From: an uncultured Candidatus Binatia bacterium
Lineage (GTDB): Bacteria > Desulfobacterota > Binatia > Bin18
Direction: 5' to 3'
NCBI GenBank assembly: GCA_965200965.1
Contig: OZ241744.1
Location: 448,001 to 512,000 of the forward strand
Length of the DNA: 64,000 nt
Part shown: piece by piece, positions 8,434 to 17,996 of the stretch
How the letters are laid out: each line of letters begins with the position of its first letter
Numbering within the stretch: position 1 is the stretch's first letter
Made by a program: the position numbers and the translations under genes
The notes under the pieces: generated by a model
What the model saw: only the letters and a program-made list of their open reading frames with translations
Database searches by the model: none
What the model was told of the DNA's origin: nothing

Positions 8434-9123
8434 CTAAGAGGCTTCTTGCTGGAACTGTTGGTAAACCTCAAAATGGAAAATGCGTGCAGACACTATTTCG
8501 GACATGGGGATGACGATCTGAAAATCCTTATAGACCAGACTAGGGCTTGGTGACGGATCGTCAAGAGATTCCAGAATTACACGAGCGTAATCGTTCGTAA
8601 TTTCTAACTCCTGAGTATCTTTATTCCGATAACCGCTGGCAATGGGGATCAAGGCAATATCAGATTCACCTTGCCTTGTTATCCCGCTCTCAAGAGCAAA
8701 ACCGATATAGGACTTTCCGCTTCTTAGGGAAATTTCTACAACCTTTTGTTCCTCAATTGATTCTGAGATGAGCAGTTCGATGAGATCGCCACTTTCTCGC
8801 GCCATTCTCCGAGCCGCCTTTTCTTGGCTGTAGAATTGGTTACCTGCAAGGGGCAGCACAAATCCCAAAAGGACGCTTAGTGCGGCGGTACCAGAGTATG
8901 GAAATAGTGCATAAGACTGCCATGTTTCACTAACCTGCGGAAAGTGGTGATTGAGGCAAAGAACAATTGCGCGTGCAATGGCGGCCAAGACGCTACCTGC
9001 GATGGCGGCCCGAAAGAAGACATGGTAACCTGAATCGCGGAGCGCACCGTAGCTCGTAAAGTGCAGGTGCGTGAGAAACCAGTATCCCCCAAGAGTGGGG
9101 ATCAGAAACCACCCAAGGCCCAA
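8434..9123 (-). CDS. hypothetical membrane protein (about 3 TM segments plus soluble beta-rich domain)
   Basis: hydrophobic N-terminal segments; VEISLRSGKSYIGF, PIASGYR; GGGAGG RBS; low GC. Confidence 0.7.
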   Translation of the reverse strand: MGLGWFLIPTLGGYWFLTHLHFTSYGALRDSGYHVFFRAAIAGSVLAAIARAIVLCLNHHFPQVSETWQSYALFPYSGTAALSVLLGFVLPLAGNQFYSQEKAARRMARESGDLIELLISESIEEQKVVEISLRSGKSYIGFALESGITRQGESDIALIPIASGYRNKDTQELEITNDYARVILESLDDPSPSPSLVYKDFQIVIPMSEIVSARIFHFEVYQQFQQEAS

Positions 9124-9147
9124 GAAGCGTACCTCCCGACAGAATGA

Positions 9148-9339
9148 CTACTTCGGCTTCTCTGAACGGTCTTCCACAGGCCCGTCAGATGCCTTCCTCT
9201 TGAGAGGAAGCTTTGCCGCTTTGTCGATGATAGCCCGCGCCTTTTTGCTGCGAAGCAATTCGTCGGCTTTGACATACAGCCCACCTCTCGGAGTTCGGAC
9301 GTGGATTTTTGGTCGGTCGGACGGTGACTCCTTTGACAT
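9148..9339 (-). CDS. 63-aa basic hypothetical protein
   Basis: AAGGAGAGG RBS before ATG9339; Lys/Arg rich; upstream of membrane protein. Confidence 0.6.
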   Translation of the reverse strand: MSKESPSDRPKIHVRTPRGGLYVKADELLRSKKARAIIDKAAKLPLKRKASDGPVEDRSEKPK

Positions 9340-9416
9340 GGTAGCCTCTCCTTTTCGTTCGCAATTATCACCTAGGGGGGCGCGCCTACTTTCCTTTTCG
9401 CCATTATTCCTCCCAC

Positions 9417-9900
9417 TCATAACCCCAGGAGCTTCTTTGCCGCTTCAGTTGCAACAGACGTAACAGCGGAGGTGATTGCTTGACCTATAGCCTCGCTTGA
9501 TTTTTTAAGGAGCTTTTTGTAGCGAACTGAAGCTAGCTCTGTCCTTGGAGAATCTTGGGTCAGCTCAGAAATGGACTGTTTGAGGATATTCCGGTCTTCT
9601 TTTGATAGCTCCTCAATTTCGTCAACAAGCTCCTGAGCGGCAGATATTTTCTGCTGGGTCCACGGCAAGGGATTGCCGCAGTTATGGCAGTAGTTGGGGG
9701 GGGAGATAATTGGTGGCAACGACAATACCAGGAACGAAATAGTCGCCTCTTATATTTGTCGAACAGTTCGGGCATTGAGTAACTGTTTCTGCCCCACACT
9801 TCGGACAGTGTTTGCTGCACATTTCTGGGGCTCTCTCTATGGAGTCAGTGGTGTAGTGGCCGTTTAGGCAAACTTCTGCTGTAAGATATCGTCCCATCAT
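9417..9900 (-). pseudogene. DUF2321-like zinc-ribbon protein split by a +1 frameshift in a C8 run
   Basis: CLNGH, CPKCG, CPNC in frame 1; YCHNCGNPLPWT and helical tail in frame 2; switch at G8 9696-9703. Confidence 0.75.
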
Positions 9901-9943
9901 TCAATTCCTTCCCAGATGGAGATTCTACCGCCAACATAGACCA

Positions 9944-12481
9944 TCATTTACGCCTCCGGCAAGGAGGGGAGTCCTCACCCCACACCCGCCCGACCGCCGC
10001 GCGTATCTTCCCCTCCATCCGCTCCACCAACTCCCGGTTGGCGGCGACAAGGGCTTGCTCGGCCTCAAGCTCGGCAACGATGGTTTGCTGGATTGGGAGA
10101 GACGGCAGGGGAATCTTGTGTTCCTCAACTACCGTCTTACGCATAGATGGCGGTTGTGCGCCACTGGCCCACCGTGAAAGATCGAATCCTATCAGCCAAG
10201 TATGAAGAAAAGGGGATGAGAGCCTTCCGGCATCGGGTGCTATGCCCATGACATTGTTGTCGTATGTTGAGGGACAGGTGAGGATGCGTTTCTTGTTGGT
10301 AGCGATGGCGGCACCAATTTTGGGAAAAATGATCGTCCCGGCTGGAAATGTCTTGGCCTTGAGTCTCCGAAGAACATCGCTGGATACTACATTATTCCAT
10401 GAAACAATCCGCGTCTCGTTGCCGGGTAGGTTCATGTCACTGACCTTTAGAAAAGGAATTTTCCCATCGGTCTTGCCTTGATAAGCCGTAGGAAAGCCAA
10501 ACCCACTTTCAACGGAAGCCACTTCTTTGATTGCTACTACCGGCCAAGCCGGATCAACTGGAATATGGGGCCGGTAGTTGTCAATCACCGCCCGCGCCCC
10601 GTCCATCACCCGCCGGTAGCCCTCAATCTCCGCCACCAACTCCCTCTGCACCTCCAGCGGGGGCAGGGGAATTAAAAATTCGCCAAGCGACTTTGCATTG
10701 ATTCCAGCTTGTCCAATCCACCTATGGGCGTATTCGACAAAAAGACCTCTTTGCCATGAACCATGAAGCACGAGAGCAAGAAAGCTGGCCTCACAACGAT
10801 TTGAGTCAACACGAATACGGGTGATATGATTAGAGAAGCCACCTCGGATTTTCTCAGTAATCAGACAGGTTTTGCCAACCAATTCTTTGCTATTGGTGTT
10901 GTTAAAGAGAACATCGCCTGGCTTTAATGAATAATCCTCTCTCCTAGCGTAGTCCACTTCTCCGATAGTCTTTAGTCCCAATCGGGTAAACATCCCTCCT
11001 TCAGTTATGTTCATGGGGCGTATATGTGGTACACCATCTGTGTCTGTCTTCGCTCTTCCGCAGGCAAAACCAGTCTTGATCTCCAAAGCTATTTCTCTTA
11101 GCGCCACCAGCGGCCACTTGGCGCGCTGCGGCCTGCCTTCCCGATACCGCTCCCCGCTCAGGTTATAGTCCCCGTCCGCGGCAAGGCGCGCTTTCTCCAC
11201 CACCCGGCCCAGCGTCGGCCTGAAGTCGGCCAGCGGGGTCGCTGTGCGCAGACGGCCCAGATAGTCGGCCAGTTCGGCCCGGGCTTGGGGCAGGTCGTTG
11301 GCGGCAATGGGCCGGCGTTGCGCGCCCAGGTCGTAGCCGTCGTGGGCCACGCTGAAGAAGGCGATGTGGTCGGTCTGCCTGGCCAGCGCTTTGTCCAGAA
11401 TCAGGATCGAGGTCTTGACCCCGGAGTAGGGCTGAAACACGCCGGCCGGCAGCGAGACCACAGCAACCAGATACTCCTCGACCAGCTGCTTGCGGAGCTG
11501 CGTATAGGCGCGCTGGCTCTGGAAGATGACGCCTTCGGGCACAATGACGCCGGCCCGGCCCCCGGGCGTCAGGTGCTCGGCAATATAGGCCACAAACAAC
11601 ACTTCGCTGCGCTTGGAGTTGACTGCGAACCGGTTGTGGGGCCGGATGCCGCCCTTGGGCGACATGAACGGCGGGTTGGCCAGGATGACATCCGCCCACT
11701 CGTGCCAGCGGTCCTGGCTGGTCAGGGTGTCGTACTCAAAGATGCGCGGGGCCACAAAGCCGTGCAGATACATGTTGACCAGCGACAGCCGCACCATGTC
11801 GGGCGAGATGTCGTAGCCGGTGAAGTTGGCCGCCAGCCGGGCCCGGTCGTCGGGGCTGAGGCGGTCGTGGCCGTGGGCGTCGGTGTTGGCGGTGCGGATG
11901 TGCCTGTAGGACGAGATGAGGAAACCGGCTGTGCCGCAAGCCGGGTCAAGCACCCGCTCGTCCTTCTTCGGGTCAAGGACCTCCACCATGAAGTCAATCA
12001 GGTGGCGAGGGGTGCGGAACTGGCCGGCCGCCCCCTGCGCGCCGAGCACCGACAGCAGATACTCAAAGGCGTCGCCCAGACGCTCCGAATGGTCATAGCG
12101 GAACTCGTCAATGACCTTGAGAAAGGCGCGCAGGGTCTCGGGGTCACGGAAGGGCAGGTAGGCGTTGGTGAAGATGGCCCGGAACAGGGGCGGAATGCCG
12201 GGGTTCTCGGCCATCCGGGCCAGGGCCTCGGTGTACAGGGTGAGGGTTTCGTGACCGCCGAGGCCGGGGCGCATCAGCCGAGCCCAGCCGTAGCCGGCGA
12301 ACTCGCCGGCAAAAAAGGCCCGCTCCCCGCCCAACTCTTCGGCCTCGGCGTCCATATCGTCCATGAACTTGTAGATCAGGGCAATCGTGATCTGCTCCAC
12401 CTGGCTCTTGGGGTCGGGCACTTTGCCGACGAGAATGTCGCGGGCGGTGTCAATCCGGCGGCGGGTGGCGGCGTCGAGCAT
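9944..12481 (-). CDS. type I-like RM N6-adenine methyltransferase fused to specificity subunit (HsdM-HsdS)
   Basis: GQFRTPR, DPACGTAGFL, ANPPF; two low-GC TRDs each followed by IPLPPLEVQ/IPLPSLPIQ. Confidence 0.9.
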   Translation of the reverse strand: MLDAATRRRIDTARDILVGKVPDPKSQVEQITIALIYKFMDDMDAEAEELGGERAFFAGEFAGYGWARLMRPGLGGHETLTLYTEALARMAENPGIPPLFRAIFTNAYLPFRDPETLRAFLKVIDEFRYDHSERLGDAFEYLLSVLGAQGAAGQFRTPRHLIDFMVEVLDPKKDERVLDPACGTAGFLISSYRHIRTANTDAHGHDRLSPDDRARLAANFTGYDISPDMVRLSLVNMYLHGFVAPRIFEYDTLTSQDRWHEWADVILANPPFMSPKGGIRPHNRFAVNSKRSEVLFVAYIAEHLTPGGRAGVIVPEGVIFQSQRAYTQLRKQLVEEYLVAVVSLPAGVFQPYSGVKTSILILDKALARQTDHIAFFSVAHDGYDLGAQRRPIAANDLPQARAELADYLGRLRTATPLADFRPTLGRVVEKARLAADGDYNLSGERYREGRPQRAKWPLVALREIALEIKTGFACGRAKTDTDGVPHIRPMNITEGGMFTRLGLKTIGEVDYARREDYSLKPGDVLFNNTNSKELVGKTCLITEKIRGGFSNHITRIRVDSNRCEASFLALVLHGSWQRGLFVEYAHRWIGQAGINAKSLGEFLIPLPPLEVQRELVAEIEGYRRVMDGARAVIDNYRPHIPVDPAWPVVAIKEVASVESGFGFPTAYQGKTDGKIPFLKVSDMNLPGNETRIVSWNNVVSSDVLRRLKAKTFPAGTIIFPKIGAAIATNKKRILTCPSTYDNNVMGIAPDAGRLSSPFLHTWLIGFDLSRWASGAQPPSMRKTVVEEHKIPLPSLPIQQTIVAELEAEQALVAANRELVERMEGKIRAAVGRVWGEDSPPCRRRK

Positions 12482-12512
12482 GGTCCTTCTCTTTCATGCG
12501 GAGCAGGCAGCT

Positions 12513-12767
12513 TCACAACAAGTTCACAAACTCTTCTCCCTTGAGTTGTGTCTGTCTAATGACGCTTCGCAACGTTCCTCTGTCCAGTTCTTTGTGGTCA
12601 GGAACACGGACCTGCGAGAAAGGATGGTCACGCCGCAGAATCATATGACTGCCGTGCCTGGCAATGGCTTCGGACTTGGTTCTTTCCTGACTGATGCAGC
12701 CGGATAAGCTGGGACATTCGGCAACCCAGTAACCATCTTCGCCTGGATACACAATCACCTGTCTCAT
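12513..12767 (-). pseudogene. in-frame HicB(N-term)/HicA(C-term) chimera
   Basis: GEDGYWVAECPSLSGCISQ (HicB) joined to GSHMIL...VPDHKELDRGTLRSVIRQ (HicA). Confidence 0.75.
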
Positions 12768-12816
12768 GCTTTATACCTCTCCTTGCTGAGCATTCCCGGT
12801 TCCGGTCCAGCATACC

Positions 12817-15309
12817 TCAGACGACAAACTGATTCAGCGCCACATAGTCCTTCACATACCCAGGGATCAGGGCGCGGTAGTCCCGGGGTACGGCCCGGTA
12901 GTCCCGGCTGGAAAAGGCCGGGTTGGTGGCGAGAGCGGTGAACTGCCGCTGGTCAATGATCTGGCGCAGGCCGGCGTCGCCGACATACGCCTTGAAGTAG
13001 TGTTTGAGGGCCGGGACGGCCGCGGCCTCGGCCGGGGTGTGGTCGGCGACAAACTTGACAAACTCCTCCTCAAGCAGCTCGTCCCTGGACTTGAAGCGGG
13101 GGATGAGGCCAAAGACCTTCTCCAGAATCTCGCGCAGGCTCAGCCGGCGGTCCACCGCCGCGGCTTTGCGCAGCTTGGCCAGGTTGTAATAGTCCTCGGG
13201 CTTGTCAAAGACCTCGCGGGTCACATAGTCAATGACGCGCTCCCACTGGCCGGCCTCAACCGCCCGCGCAATGGTGGTGTCCTCCCGCACGGTGTCGGCA
13301 AAGCGGTCAAAGAACATCCGGTCTATCTTCATCCCCTGCGGGCCGATGGTCTCTTCAATAAGGCCCTCCAGGCTATCGCCGCCCAGATGTGCATACTCCC
13401 CGACCGGCGGGGGCGGCTCCGGCCTGTCGCCCTTGCCGGCCCGCAGCCGGGGCAGCTTCAGCACCTCGTCATAGTTGAACTCGGTCTCAAAGTATTCGCA
13501 GTTGCCAAAGAAGTCGAACAGCTTGAAGGCGGTCTTGTCGGGCCGGACGACCTCGGCCTTGAGGCGGTCGTCAACAAGCTGCTCAAGAAAGTTATGGCGG
13601 CGGGTGCCGCGGCCCTTGATCTGGACAAAATCGGTCGGCGAAAAGAGCGGTCGGAACAGGCTCAGGTTAAGCAGATCGGTGCAGTCATAGCCGGTGGTCA
13701 TCATGCCGACGGTTACACACACGCGGGCCTTGCTGGTCCGGTAGGCCGGCAGGAAGTTGCCCGAGCCGAGCAGGGTGTTGTTGGCAAAGTTGATGGTGAA
13801 CCGCTGGGCGTCCGCCACCTGAGACGTGACCTGTACGGCAAAGTCGGACTGGTACTTGCCGGGAAACAGGCGGTCGGCCATCTGGTTGAAGATATTGGCC
13901 AGCTTGGCCGCGTGGTTCTGGCTGACGGCAAAGACAATCGACTTGCCGACCTCGCCGCTGACCGGGTCGCGCAGGGCGTGGTCCAGAAAGGTCCGGCAGA
14001 AGAGCTGGTTGGTGGCGTCGGAGAAGAAGCGTTTTTCAAACTCGCGTTGCTTGTAGCGCTCCTCCTGGTCCCGGCCAGCGGTGTCGCTGAAAGAGATGAC
14101 AAACCCCTCGTCGGACAGAAGCTGGGTGGTCACTTCGGTGCGGGCATCAACCACCGTCGGATTGATCAGATAGCCGTCCTGCACGCCGTTGAGCAGCGAA
14201 TAGCGGAAGGTTGGCTGGCCGCTCTGGCAGCCGAAGGTGCGGTAGGTGTCGAGCAGCAAGCGCCGCTCGGCCTCGCGCTGGTGGTTGGTAGGCTGCCGGC
14301 CGCTGCCTTTGAGGTAATCGCGGGGCGTGGCGGTCAGACCCAGCTTGTAGCCGACAAAATAGTCGAACACCGCCCGGGCATTGCCGCCGATGGAACGGTG
14401 GGCTTCGTCAGAGATCACAAGGTCAAAGTCGGTCGGCGAGAACAGCCGGTGGTACTTGTTGTTGAACAGCAGGGATTGGACGGTGGCGACGACAATATCG
14501 GCCCGTCGCCACTCGTTGCGCCTCTCTTTGTAGATGACGGTACTGAAATCCGCGGCCAGCAGCGTGCCAAAGACCTTTTTGGCCTGCTCCTCCAGTTCCA
14601 GCCGGTCCACCAGAAACAGCACCCGCCGGGCGTTGCCGGAACGCAGAAACAGCTTGATGACCGCAGCCGCGGTCAACGTCTTGCCGGTGCCGGTCGCCAT
14701 CTCGAACAGAAAGCGGTCGTCGCCAGCCTTGACCGCCCGCTGCACCGCGTGGACGGCGCGGAGCTGATAGGGGCGCAAGAAACGCAGCCCCTTGGCCTGA
14801 AGAAAGGCCGGCTCAGACGCATAGCCGGGCCGCTGGCTGAGCACGATGTAGTCGTCGCCGACCGGCTCATCCACTAGGCGTTGGGGGCTGGGCGCGACCG
14901 TCCGGTAGCCGTCCACTGACTCGGGGCTGGGAAATGCGGTGATGAGGTGCGGATTGCCGCGTTCCAGGTCCCAGAAGTAGTGCAGGTTGCCGTTCGACAG
15001 GATGACAAAACGGCAGTTCAGCGAGCGGGCGTATTTGCGCGCCTGCTCCTTGCCGACCAGCGGGTTCTTGGTCTCTGACTTGGCCTCCAGCACAAGCAGC
15101 GGGAAGCCCTTGGCGTCGAGCAGCACAAAATCAACAAAGCCCCTGACGGTGGTATTGAAATCTTCGCCAAGGGCGTTGAGGTCGGACCTCTTGAGTGCGA
15201 CCTGCGGTTCCAGGCGGATGTTGGCCGGCTTGTCGCCATCGGCAAAGAACCGCCAGCCGGCCGCTTCGAGCAGCGCGTTGATCTTGATTCGAGTGGTGGC
15301 TTCGTTCAT
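12817..15309 (-). CDS. hsdR: type I restriction enzyme R subunit (EcoEI-like)
   Basis: D...VLEAK nuclease motif, MATGTGKT, DEAHRS, GLTATP, MTTGYD, QIKGRGTR. Confidence 0.9.
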   Translation of the reverse strand: MNEATTRIKINALLEAAGWRFFADGDKPANIRLEPQVALKRSDLNALGEDFNTTVRGFVDFVLLDAKGFPLLVLEAKSETKNPLVGKEQARKYARSLNCRFVILSNGNLHYFWDLERGNPHLITAFPSPESVDGYRTVAPSPQRLVDEPVGDDYIVLSQRPGYASEPAFLQAKGLRFLRPYQLRAVHAVQRAVKAGDDRFLFEMATGTGKTLTAAAVIKLFLRSGNARRVLFLVDRLELEEQAKKVFGTLLAADFSTVIYKERRNEWRRADIVVATVQSLLFNNKYHRLFSPTDFDLVISDEAHRSIGGNARAVFDYFVGYKLGLTATPRDYLKGSGRQPTNHQREAERRLLLDTYRTFGCQSGQPTFRYSLLNGVQDGYLINPTVVDARTEVTTQLLSDEGFVISFSDTAGRDQEERYKQREFEKRFFSDATNQLFCRTFLDHALRDPVSGEVGKSIVFAVSQNHAAKLANIFNQMADRLFPGKYQSDFAVQVTSQVADAQRFTINFANNTLLGSGNFLPAYRTSKARVCVTVGMMTTGYDCTDLLNLSLFRPLFSPTDFVQIKGRGTRRHNFLEQLVDDRLKAEVVRPDKTAFKLFDFFGNCEYFETEFNYDEVLKLPRLRAGKGDRPEPPPPVGEYAHLGGDSLEGLIEETIGPQGMKIDRMFFDRFADTVREDTTIARAVEAGQWERVIDYVTREVFDKPEDYYNLAKLRKAAAVDRRLSLREILEKVFGLIPRFKSRDELLEEEFVKFVADHTPAEAAAVPALKHYFKAYVGDAGLRQIIDQRQFTALATNPAFSSRDYRAVPRDYRALIPGYVKDYVALNQFVV

Positions 15310-15388
15310 GCCTTCACCGGCTTTGTGGCACGCGCTTGACATACCGCTCCTTGCAGGTATGCACGCATAGTGCGAGGAGGCCACGGTC

Positions 15389-15814
15389 TTGTCAAGGAAA
15401 ATACGCATCCCTCAACTGGCCGTCTTTGTCGGCTGTGGCGTGGCCGTCCTGACGCTGGGTCTACTCGAGGCCGAAGAATGGCTCAGTATGCAGGAGTACG
15501 GGCTGTTCCAAAACGTCCAGGCCGGGGTGCTGGGCCTGCTGGGCCTGTGGCGGGCCGAGGGAGAGGCTCGGGCGTTCTGGATTTTTGTCCTGGGCTTTGC
15601 CTTCTTCTTTTTTTGGCGGGAACTGGATCTGGAGTTTTTTGAGGACCGGATGTTTTCATGGGCCTATCTGTTTCGGGACAGCGTGCCGCCTTCCAACGCG
15701 ACTGGGGTATCCGGATTTATGATCGGGCCACCAAAGACCCGTATATTGAAGAGGCGTTTGAGCTGCTGGGTGGCGGGCCTTTGTCTTGCCCATCGTGGCC
15801 TTGAGGCGGGCTGA
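15389..15814 (+). pseudogene. membrane protein remnant with apparent internal deletion
   Basis: hydrophobic N-terminal frame to ~15690; a different frame then reads DPYIEEAFELLG, a plausible C-terminus. Confidence 0.45.
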
Positions 15815-15983
15815 GCCTGAGAGTTGGCCAGACCGCTCCCGACGACGGTCAGACGGGTCAGCCGTTCGCCCCGGACAGGCGGCCGGTGTGTTGAAAAAAT
15901 GTCTGCTGAGGCAGTATCGGAAGATGCGATGTTGGACAAGAGAGGCCGGGGAACGAGCAGTCTGAACAGGGGAGGGTGTGCGT

Positions 15984-16284
15984 GTGAGCCAGGCTGAGAT
16001 CGTGTTTGAGCGACAGGGGCCGGTTGGGCTGGCGACCTTCAACCGGCCAAAGTTTCGGAACGCCATGACCTGGGCCATGTATGAGGGCCTGCTTGAGGTG
16101 TGTGAGCAGGTCGATGCCGAGGCTGACAAAGGAAGCGGTCCGGCGTTTGCAGCACTACCGGCGCAGCCTGCTGGAGGGCGAACTGGGTGAAGACCTGATC
16201 CTCCGCGCCTATATGAGCCAGGATTTCCAGGAAGGGGTCAGCGCGTTTTTGAACAAGCGCAGACCCGTGTGGCGGGGCAAATAG
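15984..16284 (+). pseudogene. enoyl-CoA hydratase remnant (N- and C-termini only)
   Basis: ATFNRPKFRNAMT in one frame; SQDFQEGVSAFLNKRRPVWRGK* in another; core absent. Confidence 0.85.
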
Positions 16285-16395
16285 TCAGGCTGCGGCCCGC
16301 GCCGACATTTGCCCTGAGCGACGGACGCGACGCCTGCCGCTCGGCCAAGAGGCGGAGCAGATGAAAACTGCCACAAAACCGGGGAGTGCAAGCCC

Positions 16396-17708
16396 TCAGA
16401 GGGTATAGGCGTTCTCGCCGTGCTGGGACAGGTCGAGACCGAGGTCTTCGTCCTCTTCATCTACTCGCAGACCGACTATCGAGTCCACTATTTTCAGCAG
16501 AACAAAGGCAACCACAAAGCAATACACCATTGTGGCCACAACAGACACAAGCTGAGTCCACAGCTGGCCCGGATTGCCGTATAGCAGCCCTGCGCCGGCC
16601 GGGTTGACGGCTGGCGAGGCAAACACGCCGGTGAGCAGCGCGCCGACCGTTCCGCCCACACCGTGAATCCCGACCACATCGAGCGAGTCGTCGTAGCCCA
16701 GGCGGCTCTTGACGTTACGGCCAGGAAACACAACACCCCGGCGATGGCACCAATGAGCAGCGCGGCCAGGGGCGTCACAAAGCCGGCTCCTGGAGTAATC
16801 CCAACCAGGCCGGCCACCGCTCCGCTGGCCGCGCCCAGGACGGTCGGTTTGCCGCGGACCGCCCATTCGGTGAACATCCAGCCCAGGGTTGCCGCCGCCG
16901 CGGCCGTGTTGGTGGCCACAAAAGCGCTGGTGGCGACGGCGTCCGCGGCCAGGGCGCTGCCGGCATTAAAGCCAAACCAGCCTACCCACAGCAGGGCGGC
17001 TCCGACAACGGTAAACGGCAGATTATGCGGCGGCATCGGCTCCCGGGGATAGCCCCGCCGCTTGCCCAGGACGATTGCCGCGGCCAGGGCCGAAACGCCC
17101 GAGCTGATATGAACCACCGTCCCTCCGGCAAAGTCCAGCGCGCCGAGATCGCCTATCCAGCCGCCGCCCCATACCCAGTGGGCCAGCGGATCATAAACAA
17201 AGGTGGCCCACAGGACCATGAAGACCAGGAAGCCGCTGAACCTCATGCGGTCGGCAACGGCCCCGGTGATGAGGGCCGGGGTAATAATGGCAAACATCCC
17301 CTGGAAGATCATGAACGCCTGGTGGGGGACGGTCGGAGCATAATCGCTCGGCTCGCCCCCGACCCCGACCAGCCCCAGCCAGTCAAGCCCGCCGATGAGA
17401 CTGCCGATGTCCGGGCCAAACGCCAGGGTATAGCCCCATAACACCCACTGCACACTCATCACAGCCATCAGGATAAAGCTCTGCATGATGGTTGACAGGC
17501 TGTTCTTGCGTCGGACCAAGCCCCCATAGAACAGGGCCAGGCCTGGGGCGGTCATCATCAGGACGATAGCCGAAGATGTCAGCAGCCAAGTGGTATCTCC
17601 GCTGTCAATCCTTGAGGTCTCTTGGGCCGCAGCATGGCCTGCACCAAACGCCAAAAGACCGAGACAACCCGCCAATCCCAAAGCAGAACGTCTCCCCATA
17701 TGGATCAT
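16396..17708 (-). CDS. amtB: ammonium transporter, frameshifted at ~16716 (error or pseudogene)
   Basis: [36 protein letters not shown]; [11 protein letters not shown] and GLDLSQHGE continue in a second frame. Confidence 0.93.
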
Positions 17709-17773
17709 GTTCCTCCTCCTTTTGAAATACAGGCGCGCGGCCAGTACGCCGACGAGGCCCAGCGGTTCTACTC

Positions 17774-17789
17774 AGCAAAGGGGATGCCA
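17774..17789 (-). promoter_or_regulatory. sigma54 (-24/-12) promoter of amtB
   Basis: minus strand TGGCATCCCCTTTGCT = GG-N10-GC. Confidence 0.75.
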
Positions 17790-17858
17790 GGCGGAGACCG
17801 GGAAACTGGGCGGATTTGTGTCCCTCAGCCGGACTTCTTCTGGGTAAATCATAGGCAT

Positions 17859-17875
17859 TGCTGATTTTTTAGGCA
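17859..17875. promoter_or_regulatory. candidate NtrC-family enhancer site
   Basis: TGCTGATTTTTTAGGCA, 17-bp TGC-N11-GCA with AT-rich centre, ~70 bp upstream of the sigma54 site. Confidence 0.45.
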
Positions 17876-17996
17876 AAAGGCCGGGAAAAGCAAGTTCAGC
17901 GCAGGGCAAGAGCACAACACTGGAACCGGCCCGGCGGCACTCGGACACCGGGCGTAGTGCGGGCGGTATGGAGACGGTATAGTACGGGCGAACGGG

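Noticed and set aside
4157-10156. Diversity-generating retroelement or shufflon explanation for the duplicated 3' ends
   Set aside because: No reverse transcriptase or invertase; mismatches are few and not adenine-specific; all repeat pairs are direct, not inverted.
13000-14877. 625-aa plus-strand ORF and other long antisense ORFs (e.g. 11285-12544, 55242-56423)
   Set aside because: Shadow frames of well-supported genes in GC-rich DNA, with no motifs.
4358-15830. Integron attC-like heptamers (GCCCAAC at 4358, GTTGGGC near 8139, GCTGAGC-N6-GTTGGCC near 15810)
   Set aside because: No paired R''/R' arms with proper spacing and orientation, and no intI; likely chance matches.
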